64,000 nucleotides of DNA from Candidatus Latescibacterota bacterium (GTDB lineage Bacteria > Latescibacterota > UBA2968 > UBA8231). The stretch is from the NCBI GenBank assembly GCA_965206595.1, contig OZ242214.1, positions 6,080,001 through 6,144,000 on the forward strand, in the 5' to 3' direction. Shown here piece after piece: positions 43,821 through 54,042 of the stretch. The notes beneath the pieces were generated by a model. The model was not told where the DNA came from and ran no database searches. It was given only the letters and a program-made list of their open reading frames with translations. The translations under genes and the position numbers were made by a program. Within the stretch, counting starts at the first letter, position 1. Each line of letters starts with the position of its first letter.

Positions 43821-44832
43821 ATTGGGGAAAATTGGAGATACTGCGAGTTAAGTGCATTAGTTTCTCTGTTTTTAGCAGATTCGGATGTTTTTCAACCATT
43901 TCCAAGTAAATTCCGAACCAAAGGCGAAAGTCTGGGTAGCGTGCATATCGTTTCATTGCGTTGGGGCGATGGAAATACCACGGCTTGAAACCGGCAAAAT
44001 GAGTAGCAAACAATACCGAAGGATGTGGGTAGCCGTTCATCCCATTAAAGCGAGTGTCGATATTCGTCCACTGACCCGACCAGCGCATAGTAAGGTACTG
44101 CATGTCCGGCCAGTCGAAGAGGTCTCCTACGAGCCTGCGAATTTTCGGCTGCTGGACATCTTGAAGTATTTCTTCGTATTCGTGAAATGATGGTTCCAAG
44201 ACAAACAATGCACCATTCATTCCCATGTTGGACGGGTCTGTGGCGACGCGATCTGTTATTTCCGATGGGACAAGAGATCCATGGGGACAAATTCCATCGT
44301 ACTGTCGATGCCATTCCCATTTGCCGGTTTGAAGCATTTTATGCGTTACTTTGTAACTGCCCGCATCGTCACTTTGAATGACATGGGACTTGGCTTCGTT
44401 GAGCACACCTGCTGGAGCCGGTATTGAGAACAGGTGATCGCAATGCCTCAGGGGAAGAAGATCAGCGTCTATGACTGATATTTTTTCGAAGGCCAACCCA
44501 AGATCTCCGTCTGTCCCTAACCTGAGTGAGTGGACTCGGGTAAAGAAATAAGGGCGGTCCTGCCGTTGTTGTCGCCGTTTATGAGGAACGAAAATAGGCT
44601 CTACATCTGTCACGTGGTCGAAAATCGATTCAAGCGCCGAACGAGCACGCGAGGATACTCCCTCTGTGACCAGACAAATCAAGCAAGCCTGTGTCGACTG
44701 CTTTCTCAATCCAAATCCGACCACTAACGCACCGGGGAGATAGTTGTCATTGAGCATGAGAAAGGTTACGTAAGCAAATCTGGGGTCACCATTTGCCTTC
44801 CTCATTTTTTCGGGATAATCCTTGAAATCCAT
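43819..44832 (-). CDS. Family 8 glycosyltransferase, glycogenin/P13-like
   Basis: AYVTFL...NYLPGALV, FTR, IDAD, MNGALFVLEPS, DMQYL and HFAGFKPW motifs. Confidence 0.82.
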   Translation of the reverse strand: MDFKDYPEKMRKANGDPRFAYVTFLMLNDNYLPGALVVGFGLRKQSTQACLICLVTEGVSSRARSALESIFDHVTDVEPIFVPHKRRQQRQDRPYFFTRVHSLRLGTDGDLGLAFEKISVIDADLLPLRHCDHLFSIPAPAGVLNEAKSHVIQSDDAGSYKVTHKMLQTGKWEWHRQYDGICPHGSLVPSEITDRVATDPSNMGMNGALFVLEPSFHEYEEILQDVQQPKIRRLVGDLFDWPDMQYLTMRWSGQWTNIDTRFNGMNGYPHPSVLFATHFAGFKPWYFHRPNAMKRYARYPDFRLWFGIYLEMVEKHPNLLKTEKLMHLTRSISNFPQ

Positions 44833-44983
44833 GCTCGCTATGCTACGGGTTGAGACAGCTTGACACACCTTCTCGGGTTGTTAGCTTATCGTTGCAGAGG
44901 AAGATAGTGATTTGTACGGGGTCAATCTAAGGCAACAATGGACCCCTAACTCAGAGTTGCGTTTTGGTAGGAGCTTTCTAAAG

Positions 44984-47026
44984 TTGGCACACACGACAAA
45001 AAACCTCAGGAATGTGGCCTTAGTTGGCCATAGCGGATCCGGAAAGACTTCCCTTGCCGAGGCGATTTTGTTTGTTTCGGGTAAGCTCAACCGGATGGGA
45101 CGCATTCAGGAAGGCTCCACAGTTTGTGACTATGACCCGGAAGAGATAGAACGCCAGATTTCTCTTAATACGTCGATGGTTACGACAGAATGGGATGGCG
45201 CACATCTCAATTTGCTGGACAGCCCTGGCTACGCCGACTTCGCCCCCGAAGCCAAATCAGCTCTAAGGGTTTCCGACGGTTGCTTGGTAGTGGTGGAGTC
45301 CGTTACTGGGGTCGATGCAGGTACAGAAAGAGGTTGGCGATATGCGGAAGAATCGGGTCTGCCGCGGGTGATATTTATCAACAAAATGGACCGACCCGAC
45401 ATCGACGTCGAGAAGGTTCTCCAGCAGATCAAGGACCGGTTCGGTAGGCAGGCGGTGCCGTTACAACATCCCGTAAATCACGGCGAAGGGTTTAGCCAGT
45501 TGCTCGATGCCGCCCGCATGAAACTGGTAACCTACAAAGACGGGAAAGCCGAAGAATCCGAATTGGGTGAGCACGAGTCGACGGCGCAGCAGCTACACGA
45601 ACAGCTCGTCGAAGCGGTTGCGGAGACCGACGAGGAGTTGATGGAGAAATATTTCAGCGAGGGTGACCTCACCGAGGAGGAGTTGGCTGAGGGAATGCGT
45701 GTGGCCGTTCTTCGAGGTGAGCTGTTTCCGGTAGTATTCGGTGACGCCTTCAATGCTGTCGGTATCGATGTCGCATTGAGCGCCATCGTTCGATTCCTGC
45801 CGTCCCCGGCGGAATCCCCCGGTATTGAGAAGGTATTTCAGGGGTCGTCTGATCTCCCCCTCGTGGCCTATGTGTTCAAAACCATCGCCGAACAGCACGT
45901 CGGGGAGCTCAATCTTGTACGCCTCTATTCCGGCGGCTTCAAACCGGGTGACGAGGTGGTCAATTCATCGCAGAAAGCCAATGAACGGATCGGCCAGCTT
46001 TTCGAGTTGAGTGGGCACGAACGGACGGAAGTCGAGAATGCGGTCGCTGGTGACATTGTAGCACTGGTAAAACTGAAGAAGACTCACACGGGAGATACCC
46101 TGTGCCAGAAGTCAAATGAAACAACCCTGACTGGCGTCGAGTTTCCTGATCCCTTGATCCGGGTCGCCATTTCTCCCGAAGAGAAGGGCAGCGAAGAGCG
46201 CATGGCGACAGGTTTGGCACAGCTGCGGCAAGAAGATCCGAGTTTCATATTCCGATACGACAACGAGATTCGTCAATCGTTGTTACAGGCACAGGGAGAC
46301 CTGCATCTCGAGACTATACTCAAGAGATTGAAGGAGCGGTTCGGAGTAACCGTCGTCACCGAACCGCCGAGAATTCCCTACCGGGAGACGATCCGGGGGA
46401 ATTCAGAGGGCCACTTCCGACACAAGAAGCAGACCGGAGGTCGCGGCCAGTTCGGCGAGGTCTTTCTGCGTATTGCTCCGAAAGTGCGCGGTGAGGGGTT
46501 CGAGTTCATCAATTCAGTTGTCGGGGGCAACATTCCCAGCAACTTCATTACCGCCGTTGAGAAAGGGCTGCAGGAGACAATCGTAGAGGGACCCCTGTCA
46601 GGCTCTGCTGTAGTCGATGTAGCCGTTGATGTTTACGACGGCAAACACCATCCGGTGGACTCCGATGAGGTTTCTTTCAAAATCGCCTCATCGATGGCAT
46701 TCAAAGGTGCTTTCCTTAAAGCCAAGCCAGTTCTGCTCGAGCCGATCTACCGACTGACCATCACCGTGCCCGAGGAGTCCATGGGTGAGGTGATGGGCGA
46801 CCTGACTTCGCGTCGAGGAAGGATTATCGGGACCGATGCAGACGGGCATTCTCAGGTCATTACTGCTGACGCGCCGCTTGCTGAAATCGACCGTTACGCC
46901 ACCGCCCTGCGTTCAATGACCCAAGGCAAGGGGATCCACACCCAGCAACTAGATCGCTACGAAAACGTCCCTGGTGACGTTCAGTCCAGAGTCGTAGCGG
47001 AAGCGAAGGAGCGGCAGGCAGCGTAG
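44984..47026 (+). CDS. fusA: Elongation factor G paralogue (EF-G2-like)
   Basis: GHSGSGKT, DSPG, NKMD, HKKQTGGRGQFG, DGKHHPVDS and LLEPI motifs; TTG start inferred. Confidence 0.93.
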   Translation: MAHTTKNLRNVALVGHSGSGKTSLAEAILFVSGKLNRMGRIQEGSTVCDYDPEEIERQISLNTSMVTTEWDGAHLNLLDSPGYADFAPEAKSALRVSDGCLVVVESVTGVDAGTERGWRYAEESGLPRVIFINKMDRPDIDVEKVLQQIKDRFGRQAVPLQHPVNHGEGFSQLLDAARMKLVTYKDGKAEESELGEHESTAQQLHEQLVEAVAETDEELMEKYFSEGDLTEEELAEGMRVAVLRGELFPVVFGDAFNAVGIDVALSAIVRFLPSPAESPGIEKVFQGSSDLPLVAYVFKTIAEQHVGELNLVRLYSGGFKPGDEVVNSSQKANERIGQLFELSGHERTEVENAVAGDIVALVKLKKTHTGDTLCQKSNETTLTGVEFPDPLIRVAISPEEKGSEERMATGLAQLRQEDPSFIFRYDNEIRQSLLQAQGDLHLETILKRLKERFGVTVVTEPPRIPYRETIRGNSEGHFRHKKQTGGRGQFGEVFLRIAPKVRGEGFEFINSVVGGNIPSNFITAVEKGLQETIVEGPLSGSAVVDVAVDVYDGKHHPVDSDEVSFKIASSMAFKGAFLKAKPVLLEPIYRLTITVPEESMGEVMGDLTSRRGRIIGTDADGHSQVITADAPLAEIDRYATALRSMTQGKGIHTQQLDRYENVPGDVQSRVVAEAKERQAA

Positions 47027-47275
47027 CGAAACAGGTGAGGCCGGTTATATGGCGGCAGTAAAATCGGAGTCAATCCCATGCCGCAAAAGCCCCTATTCTT
47101 CGTCACCCTTTGAGTTGGAAAATGCGACGTTGCGGGGGTACAGCTTTGCCCATAGATTCGGAAAGACCCCGTTCATAAGCCATGGAGTCGAACCCTACTC
47201 TTTCATGGCTCTGGCCATTGGCCGATGTTTGCCCGTCCGACCTTTGACGACAGCATACAACTCGGATCCCCCCTC

Positions 47276-48049
47276 ATGTCTGGCCACTCAAAGTGGAGCA
47301 CCATAAAGCGAAAGAAGGGCGCCAACGACGCCAAGCGCGGCAAACTGTTTACGAAACTCATCAAGGAGATCACCGTCTCGGCACGCGACGGCGGTGACGA
47401 AGAGACGAATCCAAGGCTGCGAATTGCGGTGCAGAATGCAAAGGGCGCCAATATGCCTCAGGCTACCATCGATCGCGCCATTCGCAGAGGCACTGGAGAG
47501 GAGCCCGGTGCGGTCTACGAGGAAGCAATGTACGAAGGTTACGGTCCTGCAGGTGTCGCGCTCATGGTAGACACGCTGTCCGACAACAGAAATCGGACGG
47601 TTGCAGAAGTGCGTCACGTTTTCACCAAACACGACGGGAACCTGGCTGAGAAGGGGGCCGTGGCGTGGATGTTCACCCAGAAAGGCCACATCGAAATCAG
47701 CTCGGAAGAGACCACCGAGGAGGAATTGATGCTGGCCGTAATGGATGCCGGGGCAGAGGATATTCAGGATTCGGAGGGGGTGTTCGAAGTCCTTTGTTCC
47801 ATCGACGCATTCGAAGTATTGAAGCAATCACTCGAGTCGAAGGGCATTTTCTTCTCACAAGCGTCGCTTGCATGGATACCTCAAAATCTCCTGGAAGTCG
47901 CCTGGGAGAATGCGGAGAAAATCGTTCGCCTGCTTGAGGATCTCGAAGATCTCGACGATGTGCAGCGCGTTTTTTCCAACTTCGAAGTCGAGGAAGACGA
48001 GCTGCAGAACTGTTGTCGTGAGGGAACGAACCTCTCCCGCACACCCTAA
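47276..48049 (+). CDS. yebC: YebC/PmpR family protein
   Basis: MSGHSKWSTIKRKK, YEGYGP and DNRNRT motifs. Confidence 0.96.
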   Translation: MSGHSKWSTIKRKKGANDAKRGKLFTKLIKEITVSARDGGDEETNPRLRIAVQNAKGANMPQATIDRAIRRGTGEEPGAVYEEAMYEGYGPAGVALMVDTLSDNRNRTVAEVRHVFTKHDGNLAEKGAVAWMFTQKGHIEISSEETTEEELMLAVMDAGAEDIQDSEGVFEVLCSIDAFEVLKQSLESKGIFFSQASLAWIPQNLLEVAWENAEKIVRLLEDLEDLDDVQRVFSNFEVEEDELQNCCREGTNLSRTP

Positions 48050-48148
48050 GTTCTTGCTCCTGATTGCTACCACTGGATCTGTCTCTACCCGCCGTCGGTC
48101 TCCGATGTCGAATTTTACATTCTCTTCTGACAGGACACTTGGTCGGTT

Positions 48149-48691
48149 TTGATAATCCTGGGCATCGACCCTAGTAGTACTGGAACCGGGTTCGGTTTGG
48201 TCGACTACTCGCCGAGGCTCTGCACCTTAATCAGTCTCGGCTGCATACGCCCTTCTGCCAAGGCCAGCTTCGAGGACCGGCTCGTTGCCTTGTTCGATCG
48301 CATCAATTCGGTTATCGACGAGGTTTCACCGGCCGAGGTCGCCATGGAAAGTAGTTTCTATGGAAAAAATCCCGACGCTGCCGGCAAACTGGGCCAGGCG
48401 TACGGGGTGCTGAGTCTGGCGGTACGCAAGGCGGGATTAAATGTCGTGAAATACACTCCGGCCGAAGTGAAGAAAGCGGTTGTCGGAAATGGTCAGGCAA
48501 AAAAAGAGCAGGTCCAGTTCATGGTTGCCAAGCTTCTCCGGCTATCCAAGATGCCGACCCCGCTCGATGCCTCCGACGCCCTCGCCGTTGCGTTGTGCCA
48601 TGGCTACAGGCGGGGCTCACTGTTCGCCCCCTCCCAGTCGCAGCGCAAGCCGGAGGTCGAAACTCTCCTGAAAAGGGTTTCGATGAGGTAG
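48149..48691 (+). CDS. ruvC: Holliday junction resolvase
   Basis: ILGIDP, VKKAVVGNG and DASDALAVALCH motifs. Confidence 0.95.
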   Translation: MIILGIDPSSTGTGFGLVDYSPRLCTLISLGCIRPSAKASFEDRLVALFDRINSVIDEVSPAEVAMESSFYGKNPDAAGKLGQAYGVLSLAVRKAGLNVVKYTPAEVKKAVVGNGQAKKEQVQFMVAKLLRLSKMPTPLDASDALAVALCHGYRRGSLFAPSQSQRKPEVETLLKRVSMR

Positions 48692-48693
48692 GA

Positions 48694-49296
48694 ATGATCG
48701 AGAGAGTCAACGGCGTACTCGTCGAACGCGCACCAACACACGTCGTCGTCGTCGTCGGCGGGATTGGCTACGGCCTTTCGATTTCTCTCAATACTTACGA
48801 GCAATTGCCGGATTTGGGAAGCGAAGTCAGTCTGTTGACTCACACTTATGTGCGGGAAGACAGGCTGCAACTTTTCGGCTTCTGTAATGCCGAAGAGAGA
48901 GAGATGTTCCAGCATTTGATCGGCGTCGCAGGGGTCGGTCCGACTTCCGCGCAGATGATTCTGTCGGGTATGTCCGTTCAAGAGCTCAAATTTGCGATTT
49001 TCGAAGAGAGGGCTTCCGATCTGACGCGGGTGCGCGGTATCGGCCGCAAGACCGCCGACCGCTTAGTGGTTGATCTAAGGGACAAAATCGACCCTGCCTC
49101 GAAGCGAGCTGTCGACACCGAAGGCGAGCAGGTGTCCTCGTCTTGGAACGTTAAGACCGAAGAAGCGGTCCTTGCTCTGGTGGCCCTGGGTATCGCCACC
49201 ACCGCGGCGCGCAAGGCGGTTGCCAGCGCGATGGAGAAAACCGGGGTCGACACTACTCCTCAGGATTTGATCAAGCAGGCTTTGAACGAGCGCTGA
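48694..49296 (+). CDS. ruvA: Holliday junction branch migration protein A
   Basis: GIGY, VRED, LFGF, GVGP and GIGRKTA motifs. Confidence 0.95.
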   Translation: MIERVNGVLVERAPTHVVVVVGGIGYGLSISLNTYEQLPDLGSEVSLLTHTYVREDRLQLFGFCNAEEREMFQHLIGVAGVGPTSAQMILSGMSVQELKFAIFEERASDLTRVRGIGRKTADRLVVDLRDKIDPASKRAVDTEGEQVSSSWNVKTEEAVLALVALGIATTAARKAVASAMEKTGVDTTPQDLIKQALNER

Positions 49297-49302
49297 GCGC
49301 AG

Positions 49303-50346
49303 ATGGCAGAAACAAATCCGAACCCGATCGATCCGGTTATTCAACAGGATGACATCGAGACTGACCTGACGTTAAGGCCGAAAACCTTGGCCGAGATGCT
49401 GGGACAGGAAAAGGTGAAGGAACAACTGCGTATCACCATTCAGGCGTCCCTAAAACGGGGCGAGGCGATGGACCACGTACTCCTTTACGGTCCCCCCGGG
49501 CTCGGAAAGACGACGCTGGCACAAGTGATCGCCAACGAACTCGGCGTTCAAATCCACAAGACTTCCGGACCGCTGCTAGAACGTCCTGTCGACCTTACCG
49601 GCATGCTCACCAATCTTGGCTCCCGAGACGTTCTCTTCATCGACGAAGTACACCGCGTGAATCGCACGGTGGAGGAGTTTCTCTACTCGGCTATGGAAGA
49701 CTTCCATATCGACATCATGATCGACCAAGGTCCTCGAGCCCGCTCCGTGTCCCTCCCGCTCGAACGGTTTACACTGATAGGCGCAACGACGCGGCAGGGT
49801 CTTTTGACCGCCCCAATGCTTGCGCGCTTCGGAATCACTGAAACTCTCGATTATTACACAGTTACAGAGCTGGCCGAAATCATCCGCAGGGACGCCGTTT
49901 TTCTGGACTCCGCGATTGCCCCGGAGGGTGCCGGGGAGATCGCGCGGCGTTCTCGCGGCACCCCGCGGATTGCCAAGCGCTTGTTCAGAAGAGCGCGCGA
50001 CTACGCGCTGGTGGAGGGCAATGGACAGATCGATGTCGATATCGCGAAGAAGTCCCTGGAGATTCTGAAAGTCGACACCCTCGGGCTCCAAGAGGCGGAT
50101 ATTAAGCTGCTGCAGGCGATCGTTGACAAATTTGGAGGTGGTCCAGTCGGGATAAACAACCTCGCGGCAGTCATCGGCGAGGAGGAGGAGACTATCACCG
50201 AGGTGTACGAGCCGTACCTCCTCAAAGAGGGATTTCTCAAGCGCACGCCGAAAGGCCGCGTGGCGATGCCGCGGTCGTACGAACATCTGGGGAGAGTGCC
50301 GACAGCGTCTGATGCGGGCGCGAGCGACCAGATGACGCTCCTGTAG
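49303..50346 (+). CDS. ruvB: Holliday junction branch migration ATPase
   Basis: GPPGLGKT, FIDEVH, GATT, SRGTPR and YEPYL motifs. Confidence 0.97.
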   Translation: MAETNPNPIDPVIQQDDIETDLTLRPKTLAEMLGQEKVKEQLRITIQASLKRGEAMDHVLLYGPPGLGKTTLAQVIANELGVQIHKTSGPLLERPVDLTGMLTNLGSRDVLFIDEVHRVNRTVEEFLYSAMEDFHIDIMIDQGPRARSVSLPLERFTLIGATTRQGLLTAPMLARFGITETLDYYTVTELAEIIRRDAVFLDSAIAPEGAGEIARRSRGTPRIAKRLFRRARDYALVEGNGQIDVDIAKKSLEILKVDTLGLQEADIKLLQAIVDKFGGGPVGINNLAAVIGEEEETITEVYEPYLLKEGFLKRTPKGRVAMPRSYEHLGRVPTASDAGASDQMTLL

Positions 50347-50377
50347 GGGGGCGAAACCGACCCCCCTACACGCAATA

Positions 50378-51082
50378 ATGCTTGTTCTGGCGTTCGACAC
50401 GGCAACCCCGGTCGCCAGCGTGGCTTTGCTCGACGAGGAACGGGTTATCGCGAGCCGATACTTCGACGTCGGAAACCAGCGCTCCCGGCGACTTTTCGGC
50501 GAGATGTCGCAACTGTTCGAGATCTCCGACCGAAACTGGGGAGACCTCGGGGCCGTGGCGACCACTACAGGCCCGGGGTCGTTCACCGGCCTGCGCATCG
50601 GTCTGAGCGCCGCCAAGGGAATCTGCTTTGCCTGCGGCATACCCCTGGTCGGCATCCCCACCCTGGAAGCGCTCGCGGGACGTTTGCCATATGCACGCCT
50701 GCCGGTCTGGGCCCTGCTCGATGCTCGTCGGGGCCAGGTGTACGCTGCCCACTACGATACGGCAAGCGGGTACCCGGAGGCCCTGACCGAACCGCGGGCG
50801 CTCGCTCCCGAAGTCCTGATGGAGGAACTGGCCGGGAACGAGGTTTTATTGACCGGGAGGGGAGCGAGCGCCTACCGCGCTTTCCTTTCCGGGCTGGAAG
50901 GGGCTCATTTCGCGCCGCCCCGGGTCGACCACCCAGACGCCCCAACGGTCGGCTGGTTGGGGCTGGCGAAGCTGGCTCGCGGCGAGGTGCTCGACATCGA
51001 TGCTGCGGAACCGGAGTACCTGCGAACCCCCATGTTTGCACCGGCTCGCCTGCGACCAGACTTCGGGAAACCCCGTGCCTGA
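50378..51082 (+). CDS. tsaB: t6A biosynthesis protein TsaB
   Basis: FDTA, GPGSFTGLRIG, DARR and PEYLR motifs. Confidence 0.93.
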   Translation: MLVLAFDTATPVASVALLDEERVIASRYFDVGNQRSRRLFGEMSQLFEISDRNWGDLGAVATTTGPGSFTGLRIGLSAAKGICFACGIPLVGIPTLEALAGRLPYARLPVWALLDARRGQVYAAHYDTASGYPEALTEPRALAPEVLMEELAGNEVLLTGRGASAYRAFLSGLEGAHFAPPRVDHPDAPTVGWLGLAKLARGEVLDIDAAEPEYLRTPMFAPARLRPDFGKPRA

Positions 51083-51573
51083 GCTTCGACTCGAAGAACT
51101 CGACGCCGGCTCGGTCCGCCAACTGCACAGCGTCATGGCGATCGAGAGACGATCCTTTCGCAATCCGTGGACGTTTGCCGAATTCCAGTTCCTTGCCGAA
51201 GACGCGCGCGCGCTGAACCTCGGCTTGTGGCGCAACCGGCACCTTGTCGGATACGCAATCGGGTATGCCAAGGGGCCAGACTTCCACCTCGCCAAGCCTG
51301 GCGGTCGAGCCAGCCTGGCGCCGACGAGGCCTTGCGACCCGGCTGCTCGTAAGCATCCTCGAGAGAGCTTGGCATCGCGGTTGCACTACTTGTCGCCTGG
51401 AAGTGTGTCCTTCCAACAGGTCGGCCCGGAGGCTGTATAACAAACTCGGATTCGAGGCCGCAGGGGAGATCCTCCGGTTTTACACCTGCCCGGAAGAGGC
51501 CGCCCTTCAGCTCAGGGGACGAATCCGGGAAATCCGCGGCCGGGAAATTCACAGCGATGCTGAAAACAGTTAG
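51075..51573 (+). pseudogene. rimI: RimI-like GNAT acetyltransferase with a +1 frameshift near 51295
   Basis: IERRSFRNPW...FHLA in one frame and LAVEPAWRRRGLA...LEV..SN..A..LY.KLGF in the next; follows tsaB. Confidence 0.8.
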
Positions 51574-51655
51574 GTTAATCTGTCTGCGGCGCCGGTCGTT
51601 CCGACGCCGCACGGGTTCACTCTCGGGATAACCGGAACTCAGGAGCAGGCATTCC

Positions 51656-52765
51656 ATGGCGGAAGTGGTCCTCAAGAACATCCGCAAGGTTTTCGACAGG
51701 GAGGTCGTTGCGGTCGAAGACGCGAACATACAGATAAGCGACCGCGAGTTCGTCGTCCTCGTAGGACCCTCGGGCTGCGGCAAATCGACGATGCTGCGGA
51801 TGGTTGCTGGCCTCGAGGAGATCACCGAGGGCGAGATCTACATCGACGGTCTGCTTGTCAACGACATTCCGCCGAAAGACCGGGACATCGCCATGGTTTT
51901 TCAGAACTACGCCCTTTATCCGCACATGACCGTCTACCAGAACATGGCCTTCGGCCTGAAGCTCCGTAAATATCCCAAGAAGGAGATCGAAGAAAGAGTC
52001 CGGGAGGCCGCCGATATCCTCGGAATCGAGGAGTTGCTCGAGCGTAAGCCAAAGGCGCTTTCGGGAGGCCAGCGGCAGCGAGTGGCGGTCGGCCGCGCCA
52101 TCGTGCGCAAGCCCAAGGTTTTCCTCTTCGACGAACCGCTGTCGAACCTCGATGCCAAACTGCGAGTTCAAATGCGCACCGAGATCAGCAAGCTTCACAC
52201 GCGCCTCGAGGCCACCATGATCTACGTGACGCACGATCAGACCGAAGCGATGACGATGGGGAACCGTATCGCCGTGATGAAAGAGGGCCGCATTCACCAG
52301 ATAGACACGCCGCTCCATCTCTACGGCCACCCTGTCAATCAGTTCGTAGGCGGTTTCATAGGGAGTCCCTCGATGAATTTCATCGAGGGCAGGCTGGTGG
52401 CAAACGGCCCCGGCCTCATCTTTGACGAGGGCAACTTCCAGATTTCGCTTCCTTCGGAGTACAGCGACGGTCTCGGCGATCATCGCGGCAGGGAGGTAAT
52501 CCTCGGTATCCGTCCCGAAGACATCCACGACCCAGACACGATCGGAACCGGAAAACAGACGGAAGAGATTTCGGCGCGCGTGGAGGTCGTCGAACCGATG
52601 GGCAGCGAAGTGTTCCTGTATGTCACTACCGGGAAGTCCTCCTTCGTAGCCCGTGTTGATCCGCTACATATTCCGACCGTTGACCAGCAGGTGCCCCTGG
52701 CGGTCGAAGTCGATCGGGTCCACTTCTTCGATCGCGACAGCGAGGCCAGCCTCCTGATGAATTGA
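51656..52765 (+). CDS. Sugar ABC transporter ATPase (MalK/MsmX/UgpC family), stand-alone
   Basis: GPSGCGKS, FQNYALYPH, LSGGQRQR and DEPLSNLD motifs; TOBE tail. Confidence 0.95.
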   Translation: MAEVVLKNIRKVFDREVVAVEDANIQISDREFVVLVGPSGCGKSTMLRMVAGLEEITEGEIYIDGLLVNDIPPKDRDIAMVFQNYALYPHMTVYQNMAFGLKLRKYPKKEIEERVREAADILGIEELLERKPKALSGGQRQRVAVGRAIVRKPKVFLFDEPLSNLDAKLRVQMRTEISKLHTRLEATMIYVTHDQTEAMTMGNRIAVMKEGRIHQIDTPLHLYGHPVNQFVGGFIGSPSMNFIEGRLVANGPGLIFDEGNFQISLPSEYSDGLGDHRGREVILGIRPEDIHDPDTIGTGKQTEEISARVEVVEPMGSEVFLYVTTGKSSFVARVDPLHIPTVDQQVPLAVEVDRVHFFDRDSEASLLMN

Positions 52766-52784
52766 GGAGGCCCCCCACCAGGCC

Positions 52785-53876
52785 TTGTCACTCCAACGCA
52801 TCCCCGGCCAGCACCGCCCCAAGGCGCAGATAGCAGCTTGGTTAACTGCTGGGCGGCTGCCCCACACGGTTTTGATCACGGGCCGGGAAGGGGTAGGAAA
52901 AAGGGAGTTGGCGTTAGAACTGGCGCGTGCCATCAACTGCCGGAGCGCCACGGATGCCTGCGGTGAATGCCCTTCCTGCCTCAAGACCGCTTCCCTGTCC
53001 CACAGGGACGTGCATGTGCTGACGCCGCTGCCGACCGGTTCGAACCGCAGCGACGAGACGATGATGGCCTCAATGCGCGAAGCCGGGCTCCAATATCTGG
53101 AACAGCATACGGGCTTCAAGCACAGCAATTCGAATATCCCAAGGGACTACATCAGGCTGCTTCATCGCGAGATGTCGTACGCCCCAGCGGAGGGGCATCG
53201 GCGTATCGGGATCATCTTCGAAGCGGATTGCATGCTGCCTGCGGGAGCCAATTCCCTGCTCAAGATCCTCGAGGAACCTCCTCGGCACTCGGTATTCATA
53301 CTGGTGTCTTCGGCTCTGCACCTTCTGCTACCGACCGTGGTGTCTCGCTGCCAGCGGCTCGACCTGCGTCCGCTGAGCACCTCGGAGCTGACCAAGCGCC
53401 TGAGGGAGCGGGGCGTCGACCAGGGCGCCGCCGAGTTTGCGGCACGCATCGGCGCCGGCAGTGTCCGACGGGCGGAGGCGGTAATTGACCGCGCCGCAGA
53501 ATTCGAGGAGCGGCGTAATCGGGTGGAGCGCTTCCTGCAGGCGGGATTTCAACAGGAGGACGGCGCCTATTGGGCTGCACTCGAAGAGCTGGGGGCGCGC
53601 GCCGACCGCGGCCAGCTCGACAGCTTCCTCGAGATCTGCGGAGTTTACCTGAGAGACCTGTTCCTGATGGGGCAGGGCAGAGCCGAGAATGTCACCAACG
53701 CCGACCGCATCCCGTGGCTGCAACGACAGCTACGGACGCTGAACCTCCGGGCACTGGAGGTGATCGCCGAACGGCTCGACCGCTCATACGCCGATCTCCA
53801 TGGCAATATCAACGTACAGCTGCTGCTCGCGGATTTCTGGCAGAGCCTGCGTCGGTGCGCCCGCGCTTCCCGGTAG
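52785..53876 (+). CDS. holB: DNA polymerase III delta-prime subunit
   Basis: GREGVGK, Zn motif C...CGECPSC, ANSLLKILEEP and SRC motifs. Confidence 0.9.
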   Translation: MSLQRIPGQHRPKAQIAAWLTAGRLPHTVLITGREGVGKRELALELARAINCRSATDACGECPSCLKTASLSHRDVHVLTPLPTGSNRSDETMMASMREAGLQYLEQHTGFKHSNSNIPRDYIRLLHREMSYAPAEGHRRIGIIFEADCMLPAGANSLLKILEEPPRHSVFILVSSALHLLLPTVVSRCQRLDLRPLSTSELTKRLRERGVDQGAAEFAARIGAGSVRRAEAVIDRAAEFEERRNRVERFLQAGFQQEDGAYWAALEELGARADRGQLDSFLEICGVYLRDLFLMGQGRAENVTNADRIPWLQRQLRTLNLRALEVIAERLDRSYADLHGNINVQLLLADFWQSLRRCARASR

Positions 53877-54042
53877 TAGTGCCTGCTCCCGCCATCCTGT
53901 CTGAATCCGGTCATAGTTCCACTGTGCGAGGCCTTGCACCTGATCTGTGTATCCCAACCATTCCCATGGTTCACGCCACTCGCGGACCGGGGGCATCATC
54001 ATTTTCGGCAGATAGGCGGACCAACGTTCCTGGGCACTGTCG

